Source of the DNA: an uncultured Candidatus Saccharibacteria bacterium
GTDB lineage: Bacteria; Patescibacteriota; Minisyncoccia; Phycocordibacterales; UBA2135
DNA length: 60,220 bases
Direction of reading: 5' to 3'
NCBI GenBank assembly: GCA_964348495.1
Contig: CAYGCZ010000002.1
Location: 8,588 to 68,807, forward strand
Of the stretch, positions 24,980 through 33,688 are shown piece by piece. The position numbers were made by a program, and so were the translations under genes. The notes under the pieces were generated by a model that was not told the origin of the DNA, searched no databases, and was given only the letters and a program-made list of their open reading frames with translations. Numbering within the stretch: the first letter of the stretch is position 1; every line of letters starts with the position of its first letter.

Positions 24980-25309
24980 ATGGAAGCAGATAGAACCCCG
25001 ACCTTCAAAAAGGTCGGGATTGGGCAGGTTTTTTCTTTTCGATCACCACAAAAGGGTGATCAAAGAAAAAAAGGGGGGAAAAATCAAGAAAAAAAGGATC
25101 TGCCGGGATGGTGGATCAAGGAGGAGATCAAACAAGGACGTGGTATAGGGGGAGGGAAAATCTCCACGAACGCTCTCCATGTGGAGACAGGAGAGCGAGC
25201 TTTTTTCAAGGATGGAGACATGGTAGGTCTGGGGTACCATCCCCCAAGACGTTATATTCCTCGTTGGGCCTCCAAGAAGACGGGCAATGTCCCAAAGCAC
25301 ACCTCATAA
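24980..25309 (+). CDS. Hypothetical small basic protein
   Basis: An ATG after a GGAGGG Shine-Dalgarno sequence, a near-consensus upstream promoter (24913..24941) and a terminator overlapping the stop codon. No recognised family. Confidence 0.5.
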   Translation: MEADRTPTFKKVGIGQVFSFRSPQKGDQRKKGGKNQEKKDLPGWWIKEEIKQGRGIGGGKISTNALHVETGERAFFKDGDMVGLGYHPPRRYIPRWASKKTGNVPKHTS

Positions 25310-25324
25310 GGGTGTGCTTTTTTG
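25295..25324 (+). terminator. Intrinsic terminator after ORF 24980
   Basis: AAGCACACC-loop (contains the stop codon)-GGTGTGCTT followed by TTTTTG. Confidence 0.75.
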
Positions 25325-25359
25325 TTGTATCTATGGCATACTCTTGACACATCCCATTC

Positions 25360-26325
25360 ATGGATCTCACAAAATATACCGACAACCCAAAGACGCAATT
25401 CCTCGCCGGTCAGTACGCGGCTCTTGTGCGTGAGGAAGAAGAACTCGCGCGCCTCAACGACAGCGACCCTGCATACGCCGAACTGGCGGTGGACGACGCG
25501 CGCCGCATTGAGGAGCAAAAGGCCGCCATCAAAGGACAGATGGACGCTATCATCGCCGCCGAAGAAGAGGAAGACCGCTTTCCCAACGAGATCATTTTGG
25601 AGGTCCGTGCAGGCGTGGGCGGGCAGGAAGCGGCGCTTTTCGCCTTTGAGCTTGCCGAGATGTATGCGCGCTATGCCGAGCGTCGGGGTTGGGGTTGGCG
25701 AACGCTCGATGAGTCTACGAGCGAATTGGGCGGTTACAAAGAGGCATCTTTTGAAGTTCGTGGGCTCGATGTCTACAAGCGCCTGCGCTTTGAAACGGGC
25801 GTGCATCGTGTCCAGCGTATCCCTGCCACCGAGAAGCAGGGGCGCATCCACACCTCCACCGCCTCCGTCGCCATCATGCCCGTGCGCAAGAAGCACAAGA
25901 TGGAGATCAATCCCGCCGACATTGAGATGGAGTTCTCGCGCTCCGGCGGCGCCGGCGGCCAGAACGTCAACAAGGTGGAAACCGCCGTCCGTTTGATACA
26001 TACGCCGACGGGTATTGATGTACGGTGCACCTCAGAGCGCAGTCAGTTGAAGAACCGCGAAAAGGCGATGGCGATCCTCATTTCAAAATTAGAGGCGTTC
26101 CGCGAAGAGGAAGAGGCGAAGAAATACGCCGCCAATCGCAAAGGCCAGATCGGCACCGGCGATCGTTCCGAAAAGATCCGCACCTACAATGCCCCCCAAG
26201 ATCGCGTAACCGATCATCGCATCAAAGAGAGTTGGCACAACGTGGAGGGGATCATGGCAGGGGGTCTCGACCCGCTTCTTGATGCACTCGAAAATGCCGC
26301 CGATGCAGAAGGTATCGCGAGGTAA
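25360..26325 (+). CDS. prfA: Peptide chain release factor 1 (short form)
   Basis: GGQ motif ([17 protein letters not shown]) and the RF1-type PAT tripeptide in [14 protein letters not shown]. Confidence 0.9.
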   Translation: MDLTKYTDNPKTQFLAGQYAALVREEEELARLNDSDPAYAELAVDDARRIEEQKAAIKGQMDAIIAAEEEEDRFPNEIILEVRAGVGGQEAALFAFELAEMYARYAERRGWGWRTLDESTSELGGYKEASFEVRGLDVYKRLRFETGVHRVQRIPATEKQGRIHTSTASVAIMPVRKKHKMEINPADIEMEFSRSGGAGGQNVNKVETAVRLIHTPTGIDVRCTSERSQLKNREKAMAILISKLEAFREEEEAKKYAANRKGQIGTGDRSEKIRTYNAPQDRVTDHRIKESWHNVEGIMAGGLDPLLDALENAADAEGIAR

Positions 26326-26331
26326 GAATAA

Positions 26332-26340
26332 TGCTATACT
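26332..26340 (+). promoter_or_regulatory. Extended -10 (TGCTATACT), 6 nt from ATG 26347
   Basis: Sequence match and spacing. Confidence 0.5.
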
Positions 26341-26346
26341 GAGGAC

Positions 26347-27561
26347 ATGTCCCTTTTTCAGCGTTCTTCTTCTGATGCTTTGGTGGCCGCTTTTGATATC
26401 GGCAGTGCAAGTATTGGCGGGTCGCTCATCATGGTGAACCCTGCGAAACCGCCGCGCATCGTCTATACGGTACGACATGCCGTCGCAGTACAGCGTGAAA
26501 TGCAACAGGATCGTCTCTTTCTTATCATGGGTGATGCACTCACCGCCGTCGCCGATGATCTTCGCAAGAATGGTGCCAGACATCTCTCATTCACCCGTTT
26601 TGGCACATCGCGGCCCGTGGCTGCATACTGCACCTTTACCGCACCATGGCCATCCGTCTATGCGCGTAGGGTTACGTATACGCACGATGAACCCTTCACC
26701 GTTACACCGGCATTACTCGACACTCTTGCGGCGCAGGAACTTGCGGCAATCACCAAAGAGTACGGGGGAGAGGGCGGTGCGGGAGATCTTGTCGAGCATC
26801 GCATCGCCGATCTGAAGGTCAACGGCTACAGCGTTTCGCGCATAAACGGTCAGCAGGGGGTCGCGGTGGAAATGATCATCTACGCAAGCTTCATCCCGCG
26901 CCAGATCGCAGATTTCGTGCGCGAGCGTATACGCGAAGCATTCTCCCTGCGCACGCGCAACGTCTCCATCGGGTCGTTCATGCTCTCATTCTTTACCGTG
27001 GTGCGCGATATTTGGCACAAAGAAGAGGATTTTTTGCTCGTAGATATCACGGGAGAAATGACCGAGGTCGCCGTCGTGAAAGATGGCACGTTGGTGGAGA
27101 CGGTCTCCTTTCCCATCGGCAAGAATGTCTATATTCGCGAGGTTGCCAAGGACGGCAATATCACATCGCACGAGGCTTCGTCGCTCGTTTCACTCTATCT
27201 CACCGGAGCGACGCATGATCAACTTCTCTCGGGTATAGAGCAAAGTATGGAGCGTGCGGATCATGAGTGGTATTCGCTCTTCAAGACAGTGACTGCCCGA
27301 CTTACCGAATCGTTTTTCGCCCCCGGCAGAGTGTTTCTTTCGGTCTCCGATCCTTTCAGTAAGAGGTATGTCAATCTTATTGAACATTCTGGTTCTGCTG
27401 AAAGAGAAATTCAGCCTTCAATAAACGGTACCTACAAGGTCATAGTCTTACATGCCTCGGCACTTCGTCATACTGTGGAATTCCCCAAGGAGACTCCGCA
27501 TGACCCGTTCTTGGCCGTTAACGCGCTCCACATGCACATCATGCGTCGCGATCAAAAATAA
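26347..27561 (+). CDS. Divergent actin-like (ASKHA-fold) protein, FtsA/PilM-like
   Basis: AAFDIGSASIGGS (phosphate-1-like) and LLVDITGEMTEVAVV (phosphate-2-like). Otherwise unrecognised. Confidence 0.45.
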   Translation: MSLFQRSSSDALVAAFDIGSASIGGSLIMVNPAKPPRIVYTVRHAVAVQREMQQDRLFLIMGDALTAVADDLRKNGARHLSFTRFGTSRPVAAYCTFTAPWPSVYARRVTYTHDEPFTVTPALLDTLAAQELAAITKEYGGEGGAGDLVEHRIADLKVNGYSVSRINGQQGVAVEMIIYASFIPRQIADFVRERIREAFSLRTRNVSIGSFMLSFFTVVRDIWHKEEDFLLVDITGEMTEVAVVKDGTLVETVSFPIGKNVYIREVAKDGNITSHEASSLVSLYLTGATHDQLLSGIEQSMERADHEWYSLFKTVTARLTESFFAPGRVFLSVSDPFSKRYVNLIEHSGSAEREIQPSINGTYKVIVLHASALRHTVEFPKETPHDPFLAVNALHMHIMRRDQK

Positions 27562-27625
27562 GGTGAGCGCGGTGAGTTATAAACACCCTTGCGCTTTACT
27601 GTTTGTATGCTCTCGCAACGCACTA

Positions 27626-27634
27626 TGCTATACT
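27626..27634 (+). promoter_or_regulatory. Extended -10 (TGCTATACT) upstream of ORF 27668/27722
   Basis: Sequence match. Confidence 0.4.
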
Positions 27635-27721
27635 GTGAGGGACATCTCCTGACGGTGCTTTAGTACTATGTGCCGTCTTGTGACGCGTTCGTTCATCACG
27701 TACATAGCACCAATCATTCTT

Positions 27722-29155
27722 ATGCCACAAAAGAAAGTGCAAGATATCATCGTACCCGTCAAAAAAACCAGGAAGTCGGCGACAGAAGCGACACCTCGTA
27801 CGGTGATCGAATCGGTACGCCGCCCCGCCTCTGTTGCTGACGTCCCGCACGACGAAGAAGATGTGGCGATACCGCGTATGCCGCCAATCCAGCGGCCGAC
27901 CCTTCGACCGGCACCTCCCGTAACGCGTCCGGTCGTTCGCCCTGCCGGATCTCCCGTCTATGCCGCGACTCTCACACGCCCCGTACGCAGTGGCGGCCGC
28001 GCCCGTTGGATGATCTGGGGTATCGCCGGCGCTACGCTCATAGGGCTTTTTGTCGCAATTTCCACCATGTTCGAGCATGCGACCCTCACCATAACCCCTC
28101 GGCAATCCGTCGCCGACTTGGATTTCTTCTTTACCGCCGAAAAAAACGCCGATCCCTCCAAGATTCCTTTTGAGGCGATGACGCTCGCACAGACCGACTC
28201 CGTTACCGTCCCTGCGACCGCCAATGAGAAGGTCGAGCGTCGCGCTACGGGAACCATCGTCATTTACAACAACTTTGACGCATCAACCCAACGTCTCATC
28301 AAAAACACTCGCTTCGAGAGTGCCGACGGACTCATCTACCGTATCTCCGCCTCTGTCGATGTTCCGGGCAAAAAGACCGTCAATGGACAGGCAACTCCCG
28401 GAAGTGTTGAGGCAGTCGTGACCGCCGACGAATCGGGAGATCGCTACAATGCCGAGTCCGCCGAGTTCACTATTCCGGGTTTCAAAAACACCCCCCGCTT
28501 CGCCGGCTTTTATGCCAAGACCAAGACGCCTCTCTCCGGCGGCTTCTCAGGCATGATGCCCGTTGTGCCACACGACGAACTTACAAAGGCGCAAGAGATT
28601 CTCAAAAATACCATTTCTACACGGCTTATGGATGATGCAAAGGCGCAAAAGCCGGCGGGCTTTACCCTCTTTAGCGATGCCGTCTTCCTAGTCTATGGCG
28701 AGCCGATAGTTGCCGAAGCGGAAAAGGGTGCTCAAACGGCAAAGATCACCCAAACCGCAACGCTCTACGGCATGATCTTCAACACCGAGGTGTTGAGTAA
28801 CTATCTTGCGCGCAAAGTGATCCCTCAATTCAATGAAGCAGATCGTGTACTGATCGAAAATGTAGATACACTTGATTTCAGGATCGTCAGTAAACAGACC
28901 GTCACTCCGGCAAGCGTTATCTCCTTCTCCTTCTCACTCAAAGGAGCACCTCTCTTCGTATGGCAGTTCAATGAGGCGGAGCTCAAGAGTGCTGTTGCCG
29001 GACTTGCACGCAAAGAACTCAGAGACATTCTCTTTGAACGCTTCCCCGGCATCACTAAAGCAGACGGTACGATACGACCCTTCTGGAAACAAACCTTCCC
29101 AAAAGATGTTGAGGATATCACCATCAAGACGATGCTACAAAATCTTGCGCAGTAA
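27722..29155 (+). CDS. Single-pass membrane protein with Pro/Arg-rich cytoplasmic N-terminus and large extracytoplasmic domain
   Basis: A Pro-rich stretch, a transmembrane helix (WMIWGIAGATLIGLFVAISTMF), then about 370 aa of beta-rich sequence. An alternative start exists at 27668. Confidence 0.5.
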   Translation: MPQKKVQDIIVPVKKTRKSATEATPRTVIESVRRPASVADVPHDEEDVAIPRMPPIQRPTLRPAPPVTRPVVRPAGSPVYAATLTRPVRSGGRARWMIWGIAGATLIGLFVAISTMFEHATLTITPRQSVADLDFFFTAEKNADPSKIPFEAMTLAQTDSVTVPATANEKVERRATGTIVIYNNFDASTQRLIKNTRFESADGLIYRISASVDVPGKKTVNGQATPGSVEAVVTADESGDRYNAESAEFTIPGFKNTPRFAGFYAKTKTPLSGGFSGMMPVVPHDELTKAQEILKNTISTRLMDDAKAQKPAGFTLFSDAVFLVYGEPIVAEAEKGAQTAKITQTATLYGMIFNTEVLSNYLARKVIPQFNEADRVLIENVDTLDFRIVSKQTVTPASVISFSFSLKGAPLFVWQFNEAELKSAVAGLARKELRDILFERFPGITKADGTIRPFWKQTFPKDVEDITIKTMLQNLAQ

Positions 29156-29265
29156 TAAAAATGTGGTATTTTTAGAAAGCCTTACGCAGTAAAGCTCATA
29201 AATCCTTGCTAGGTAAGGTGATTATGGAAATCCTCTCAAAACCCTCGTTACACCCATTATCCCAG

Positions 29266-29295
29266 TTGACATTCATATCACCAATCTGTTACTAT
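29266..29295 (+). promoter_or_regulatory. Sigma70-type promoter of the infA-rpmJ-rpsM... operon
   Basis: TTGACA (29266..29271), an 18-nt spacer, then TACTAT (29290..29295), 12 nt before the infA ATG. Confidence 0.6.
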
Positions 29296-29307
29296 TCTCC
29301 AGACAAG

Positions 29308-29523
29308 ATGAATAATAATACCAATCTTGATAAGCGGCTTGGAACTGTCGTCGAGGCACTTCCCAATGCGCTCTTTCGCATTCGTTTGGAGAACGAACAG
29401 GAGACGCTGGGATATCTTGCGGGAAAGATGCGCATGCATAGGATCAAAGTGCTCGTCGGAGACAAAGTTGAGGTCGTCATTGATCACTACGGCGGTAAGA
29501 GCCGCATTACCAGAAGACTGTGA
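29308..29523 (+). CDS. infA: Translation initiation factor IF-1
   Basis: [43 protein letters not shown]. Confidence 0.92.
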   Translation: MNNNTNLDKRLGTVVEALPNALFRIRLENEQETLGYLAGKMRMHRIKVLVGDKVEVVIDHYGGKSRITRRL

Positions 29524-29551
29524 TGCGTATCGGTTCGCATAGTTCTTGCAT

Positions 29552-29665
29552 ATGAAAGTACGAGCATCAGTAAAAAAAATTTGCGCACAGTGCAAAATGG
29601 TACGGCGAAAAGGCCGTGTCTGTATTTTGTGCAAAACTCCCAAGCACAAACAGCGTCAGGGTTAA
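29552..29665 (+). CDS. rpmJ: Ribosomal protein L36
   Basis: Hand-translated; the gene is absent from the ORF track because it is short. Sequence [37 protein letters not shown], 37 aa. Confidence 0.9.
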   Translation: MKVRASVKKICAQCKMVRRKGRVCILCKTPKHKQRQG

Positions 29666-29729
29666 GTGCGCATTGCCCAATCGGGGCATACGCCGTTTTT
29701 CAGTTATTACACTAGCAATCAGATATCAC

Positions 29730-30110
29730 ATGAGAGTTTCAGGTATCACCATTCCGGATAATAAGCGCCTCGAAGTCGGCTTGACCGTCATGTATGGCAT
29801 TGGCACAGCCCGCGCCCGCGACATTTTGAACAAAGCCCACGTCAGTTTTGATGTTCGTGCCAAAGATCTCACCGCCGAACAAGAGAGCGAGATTCGCAAA
29901 CACATTGAGTCCTACACCCTTGAGGGTGAGCTCAAGCGTGAGGTGAGTTCGCACATCAAACGCCTCAAGGATACCGGCTCGTACCGCGGGTCGCGCCACG
30001 CCAAAAAACTTCCCGCTCGCGGACAGAACACCAAGACCAATTCACGCACGGTACGCGGCAACGTGAGGAAGACCATGGGTTCGGGTCGCAGGAAGGTTGA
30101 TAAGAAATAG
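29730..30110 (+). CDS. rpsM: Ribosomal protein S13
   Basis: MRVSGITIPDNKRLEVGLTVMYGIG... Confidence 0.92.
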   Translation: MRVSGITIPDNKRLEVGLTVMYGIGTARARDILNKAHVSFDVRAKDLTAEQESEIRKHIESYTLEGELKREVSSHIKRLKDTGSYRGSRHAKKLPARGQNTKTNSRTVRGNVRKTMGSGRRKVDKK

Positions 30111-30137
30111 TTCACGATCTCTTTTAGTAATTGACCT

Positions 30138-30572
30138 ATGGGTAAAAAACGAACAGTTAAAAAAGCGGGAGGTGGTTTTCAGCACGAACTGAAGGCGCGC
30201 TCGCTTTCCAAGTTGATCAAGCGCAAGATTGCCGCTGGCTCGGTGCATATCACGGCGAGCTTCAACAACACGAGCATGGTGCTCTCCGACAAGGATGGCA
30301 ACGCGCTCGCATGGTCGTCGAGCGGCGCACTTGGTTTCAAGGGTGCCAAGAAGGGAACGCCTTTCGCCGCCGCCAAGGTGGGCGAGGTGATAGGCGAGAA
30401 GGCAACGCTTGCCGGCATTAGGGAAGTCGATGTCAACATGAAAGGTGTTGGCCAAGGCCGCGAATCGGCAATCAGGTCGTTTGCGTCAAAAGGGATCGAT
30501 ATCAGCTCTATCAAAGATCGCACACCGGTGCCCTTCGGTGGAACGCGTCCGCGCAAGGCACGTCGCGTCTAA
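30138..30572 (+). CDS. rpsK: Ribosomal protein S11
   Basis: HITASFNNT...GFKGAKKGTPFAA. Confidence 0.92.
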   Translation: MGKKRTVKKAGGGFQHELKARSLSKLIKRKIAAGSVHITASFNNTSMVLSDKDGNALAWSSSGALGFKGAKKGTPFAAAKVGEVIGEKATLAGIREVDVNMKGVGQGRESAIRSFASKGIDISSIKDRTPVPFGGTRPRKARRV

Positions 30573-30600
30573 CGCCTTCTAGTTTTATCACGCATCACGT

Positions 30601-31212
30601 ATGGCAAAAATCAAGCAATTCAAACTGGCACGTCGTTTGGGAGTACCGCTCTTCCCCAAGTGCAAGAGCTCAAAGTTTTCTCTTGCACCCAAGACGCAGG
30701 GCAAGAGTAAACACTTCTCTCAAAAGACCGATTACGGACTTCAGCTTCTTGAGAAGCAGAAGGCTCGTTATTCGTACATGGTCCAGGAGCGGCAGTTTGC
30801 ACGTTATGTCAAGGATGCTCTTATGAAAAAGGGCGTCAAGACAACCGACGAACTCTATCGCCTTTTGGAGACGCGTCTTGATAACGTTGTGTATCGCCTT
30901 GGCCTCGGGCCGAGTCTCTTGGCCGCGCGCCAGTTGGTATCCCATGGACACATCATGGTCAACGGTCGTCGCGTGACGGTACCATCGTACCACGTCAAGA
31001 AGGGTGATAGTGTGGCGATCCGCACGGAGAGCCAGGCAAAACCCGTCTTTAGTACCTTGTCCGAGCGTCTCAAAGAGCATCGCACACCGTCATGGTTGAC
31101 ATTCGATGAAAAGAAGCGTTCCGGAACAGTCGAGGGGGTTCCTACGATAAGCGAGGCCAAGGATGCGATTTTTGATCTGGGACCCGTTATTGAGTTTTAC
31201 AGTCGTTCATAG
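30601..31212 (+). CDS. rpsD: Ribosomal protein S4
   Basis: An S4 N-terminal region followed by the S4 RNA-binding domain (RLDNVVYRLG..ARQLVSHGHIMVNG). Confidence 0.92.
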   Translation: MAKIKQFKLARRLGVPLFPKCKSSKFSLAPKTQGKSKHFSQKTDYGLQLLEKQKARYSYMVQERQFARYVKDALMKKGVKTTDELYRLLETRLDNVVYRLGLGPSLLAARQLVSHGHIMVNGRRVTVPSYHVKKGDSVAIRTESQAKPVFSTLSERLKEHRTPSWLTFDEKKRSGTVEGVPTISEAKDAIFDLGPVIEFYSRS

Positions 31213-31268
31213 CATTTTGGGAGCGTGCGCACCGCATTGGCGCATTATTCATCTTTTCTCACAACACC

Positions 31269-32243
31269 ATGCTTGACTACACTATTATCCTTCCGTCGAA
31301 GCCAAAAATCGTTTCAGAACGCGATTTTACGGGTGTATATGAAGTGGACAGCCTCTACCCCGGCTACGGCCATACATTGGGCAACTCGCTTCGCAGGATC
31401 ATTCTTTCATCACTGGAGGGTACGGCAATCACGTCGGTCAAGATTGCCGGCGTCAGTCATGAGTTCTCAACGATCGACGGCGTTAAAGAAGACGTTATCG
31501 CCCTCCTGCTTAATCTCAAAAAGATCAACTTCGCGTTGCACACGCGCGAACCGCAGGTCGTAACCATCTCCGCAAAAGGTCCTAAGAAGGTCACTGCCGG
31601 TGATATGGTATCGCATGGGCAGGTTTCCGTCTTGAACCCCGATCAGCACATTGCCGAGATCACCGTGAAGAATGTGTCGCTTACGATTGAGCTTACTCTT
31701 GAACATGGTTTTGGCTATGTTTCTAAAGAGGTGCTTATGAAGGACAAGGTGGATATCGGCGTTATTGCGCTTGATGCCGTCTTCTCACCTATCCGCCGCG
31801 TCAACTACGAGGTGGAGAACATGCGCGTCGGCGACCGTACAGACTACAACAAACTCCGTTTTTTCATCGAGACTAACGGCACGATTATGCCGCGCGAGGC
31901 GCTTGAGAGTGCGATCCATATTATGATCCGCCAGCTCCAGGCCATCGTCGGTTTTCAGGAGGAGATGTCGACGGTGGGGGAGCTTCCTCTACCCTCAGCA
32001 GACGTTCATATTGAAAAGGCGACCGAAGGAGGCGAGGATGACAAAGAGTTCTTGAAGACCAAAGTTGAGACGCTTGGCTTCTCGACCCGCACCGCCAACG
32101 CTCTGGACAAGGCAAGTATTCGCACGGTGGGAGGCATGATCAAGAAGAGTGAGGAAGACCTCCTCGACCTTGAGGGGTTGGGTGAGAAGGGCGTGCAGGA
32201 GATAAAGCGCACGCTCGGTAACTTCGGGTTGACGCTTAAATAA
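31269..32243 (+). CDS. rpoA: DNA-directed RNA polymerase alpha subunit
   Basis: GHTLGNSLRRILLSS-type N-terminal domain and a C-terminal domain with LGFSTRTANAL. The position after rpsD is conserved. Confidence 0.93.
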   Translation: MLDYTIILPSKPKIVSERDFTGVYEVDSLYPGYGHTLGNSLRRIILSSLEGTAITSVKIAGVSHEFSTIDGVKEDVIALLLNLKKINFALHTREPQVVTISAKGPKKVTAGDMVSHGQVSVLNPDQHIAEITVKNVSLTIELTLEHGFGYVSKEVLMKDKVDIGVIALDAVFSPIRRVNYEVENMRVGDRTDYNKLRFFIETNGTIMPREALESAIHIMIRQLQAIVGFQEEMSTVGELPLPSADVHIEKATEGGEDDKEFLKTKVETLGFSTRTANALDKASIRTVGGMIKKSEEDLLDLEGLGEKGVQEIKRTLGNFGLTLK

Positions 32244-32289
32244 CAGGATACTGTAAACTGCCTGCACACGACATTTTTAATCAATCGCT

Positions 32290-32640
32290 ATGAGACATCA
32301 TAACACCAACAGAAAATTCGGACGTACCCGCAACCAGCGCGCGGCGCTTCTTCGTTCTCTTGCGCTGTCCCTCATAAAGCATGGCAAGATCACCACGACC
32401 GAGGCAAAGGCGAAGGAACTTCGTCCATTCATCGAAAAGATGGTGACCAAGGGCAAAGGGGAGACGATTTCCGCCCGCCGACTTCTTGTTGCTCGTCTCG
32501 GCAGTGAGACGGGGGGATCCGCATTGATCAAAGATATAGCACCTCGCTATAAGGAGCGAGCCGGCGGCTACACCCGCATCGTTAAGCTCCCTAAGCGTAC
32601 GACCGATGCGAGCCCTATGGCACTCATCGAATTTGTCTAA
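32290..32640 (+). CDS. rplQ: Ribosomal protein L17
   Basis: MRHHNTNRKFGRTRNQRAALLRSLA... Confidence 0.92.
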   Translation: MRHHNTNRKFGRTRNQRAALLRSLALSLIKHGKITTTEAKAKELRPFIEKMVTKGKGETISARRLLVARLGSETGGSALIKDIAPRYKERAGGYTRIVKLPKRTTDASPMALIEFV

Positions 32641-32691
32641 GACGCCGCTCTTGCTTTGCGCGAGAGTATGATATAAGATACTCACCATAGT

Positions 32692-33036
32692 ATGAAACAT
32701 GTGATAGACGCATCAGGAAAGAAGTTGGGACGAGTCGCCAGTCAGGCGGCGGCGTTGCTGATGGGCAAAATGTCCCCCGATTTTCAACGTCACCAAATGT
32801 CCTTGGATATGGTGGAGATCGTCAACGCCTCCGGCCTCGCCATCGACGAGCGCAAGAAGGGTGAAAAGATATACAAACGTTACTCCGGATACCCTGGCGG
32901 TCTTCGCGAGATATCTATGAAAAAGGTCATTGCCTCGAAGGGATACGCGGAAGTTTTGAAAAAAGCCATCGGCGGCATGATCCCGCGCAATCGCATGAAG
33001 GACCGTGTTTTGAAGAAACTGGTCGTCAAAGAATAA
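32692..33036 (+). CDS. rplM: Ribosomal protein L13 (short)
   Basis: GKKLGRVASQAAALLMGK.. and YSGYPGG. Confidence 0.88.
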   Translation: MKHVIDASGKKLGRVASQAAALLMGKMSPDFQRHQMSLDMVEIVNASGLAIDERKKGEKIYKRYSGYPGGLREISMKKVIASKGYAEVLKKAIGGMIPRNRMKDRVLKKLVVKE

Positions 33037-33047
33037 TCTATCTCTCT

Positions 33048-33503
33048 ATGGAAGAAACAGCATCAATCACCCACAGCGCGCCTTCGACGAGCACCAAGCT
33101 CGCAGGAGGTCGGTACATCGAAGGTATCGGTCGTCGCAAGACGGCTACCGCTCGCGTGCGTATCACCGAAGATAACGCCGGTACTAATGCCTTTACCGTC
33201 AACGGAAAGGATGTTGGTCAGTACTTTCCTACCGATGAGATGCGGATGATCCCCGTTGAGCCCGTCAACAAGGTCAAAGGCATGAATACGTTTGCCGTCT
33301 CCGCGCAAGTAAAGGGCGGTGGCATCCATGCCCAAGCCGAGGCGGTTCGCCATGGTCTCTCTCGCGCCCTCGTTGCTTTTGAGGAAGAATGGCGCAAGCG
33401 TTTCAAAAAAAGCGGATTGCTCAAACGTGATGACCGCGCAGTAGAGCGCAAGAAGTTCGGCCTGAAGAAGGCCCGCAAGAGCGCACAGTGGTCAAAACGC
33501 TAG
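33048..33503 (+). CDS. rpsI: Ribosomal protein S9
   Basis: GRRKTATARVRI and a C-terminal RKKFGLKKARKSAQWSKR. Confidence 0.92.
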   Translation: MEETASITHSAPSTSTKLAGGRYIEGIGRRKTATARVRITEDNAGTNAFTVNGKDVGQYFPTDEMRMIPVEPVNKVKGMNTFAVSAQVKGGGIHAQAEAVRHGLSRALVAFEEEWRKRFKKSGLLKRDDRAVERKKFGLKKARKSAQWSKR

Positions 33504-33520
33504 TTTCAAAGCTAGAGTCT

Positions 33521-33568
33521 GCCACACAAAAAAGACGACCGGAGAGCAGGTCGTCTTTTTTGTGTGGC
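33521..33568. terminator. Bidirectional terminator between the convergent rpsI and thrS
   Basis: A 20-bp perfect stem GCCACACAAAAAAGACGACC / GGTCGTCTTTTTTGTGTGGC with an 8-nt loop. Confidence 0.8.
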
Positions 33569-33688
33569 ATGAGTTGGCTGGAGAGGTGTGGAATGCTTGT
33601 TGTAGAGATGGTAACAGCGAGGAGTTCTGCATTGAAGGCGGACACTCCTCCGTCTCGCCGGGGGTGGTTCAGAGCTTTCTATCGTGTC

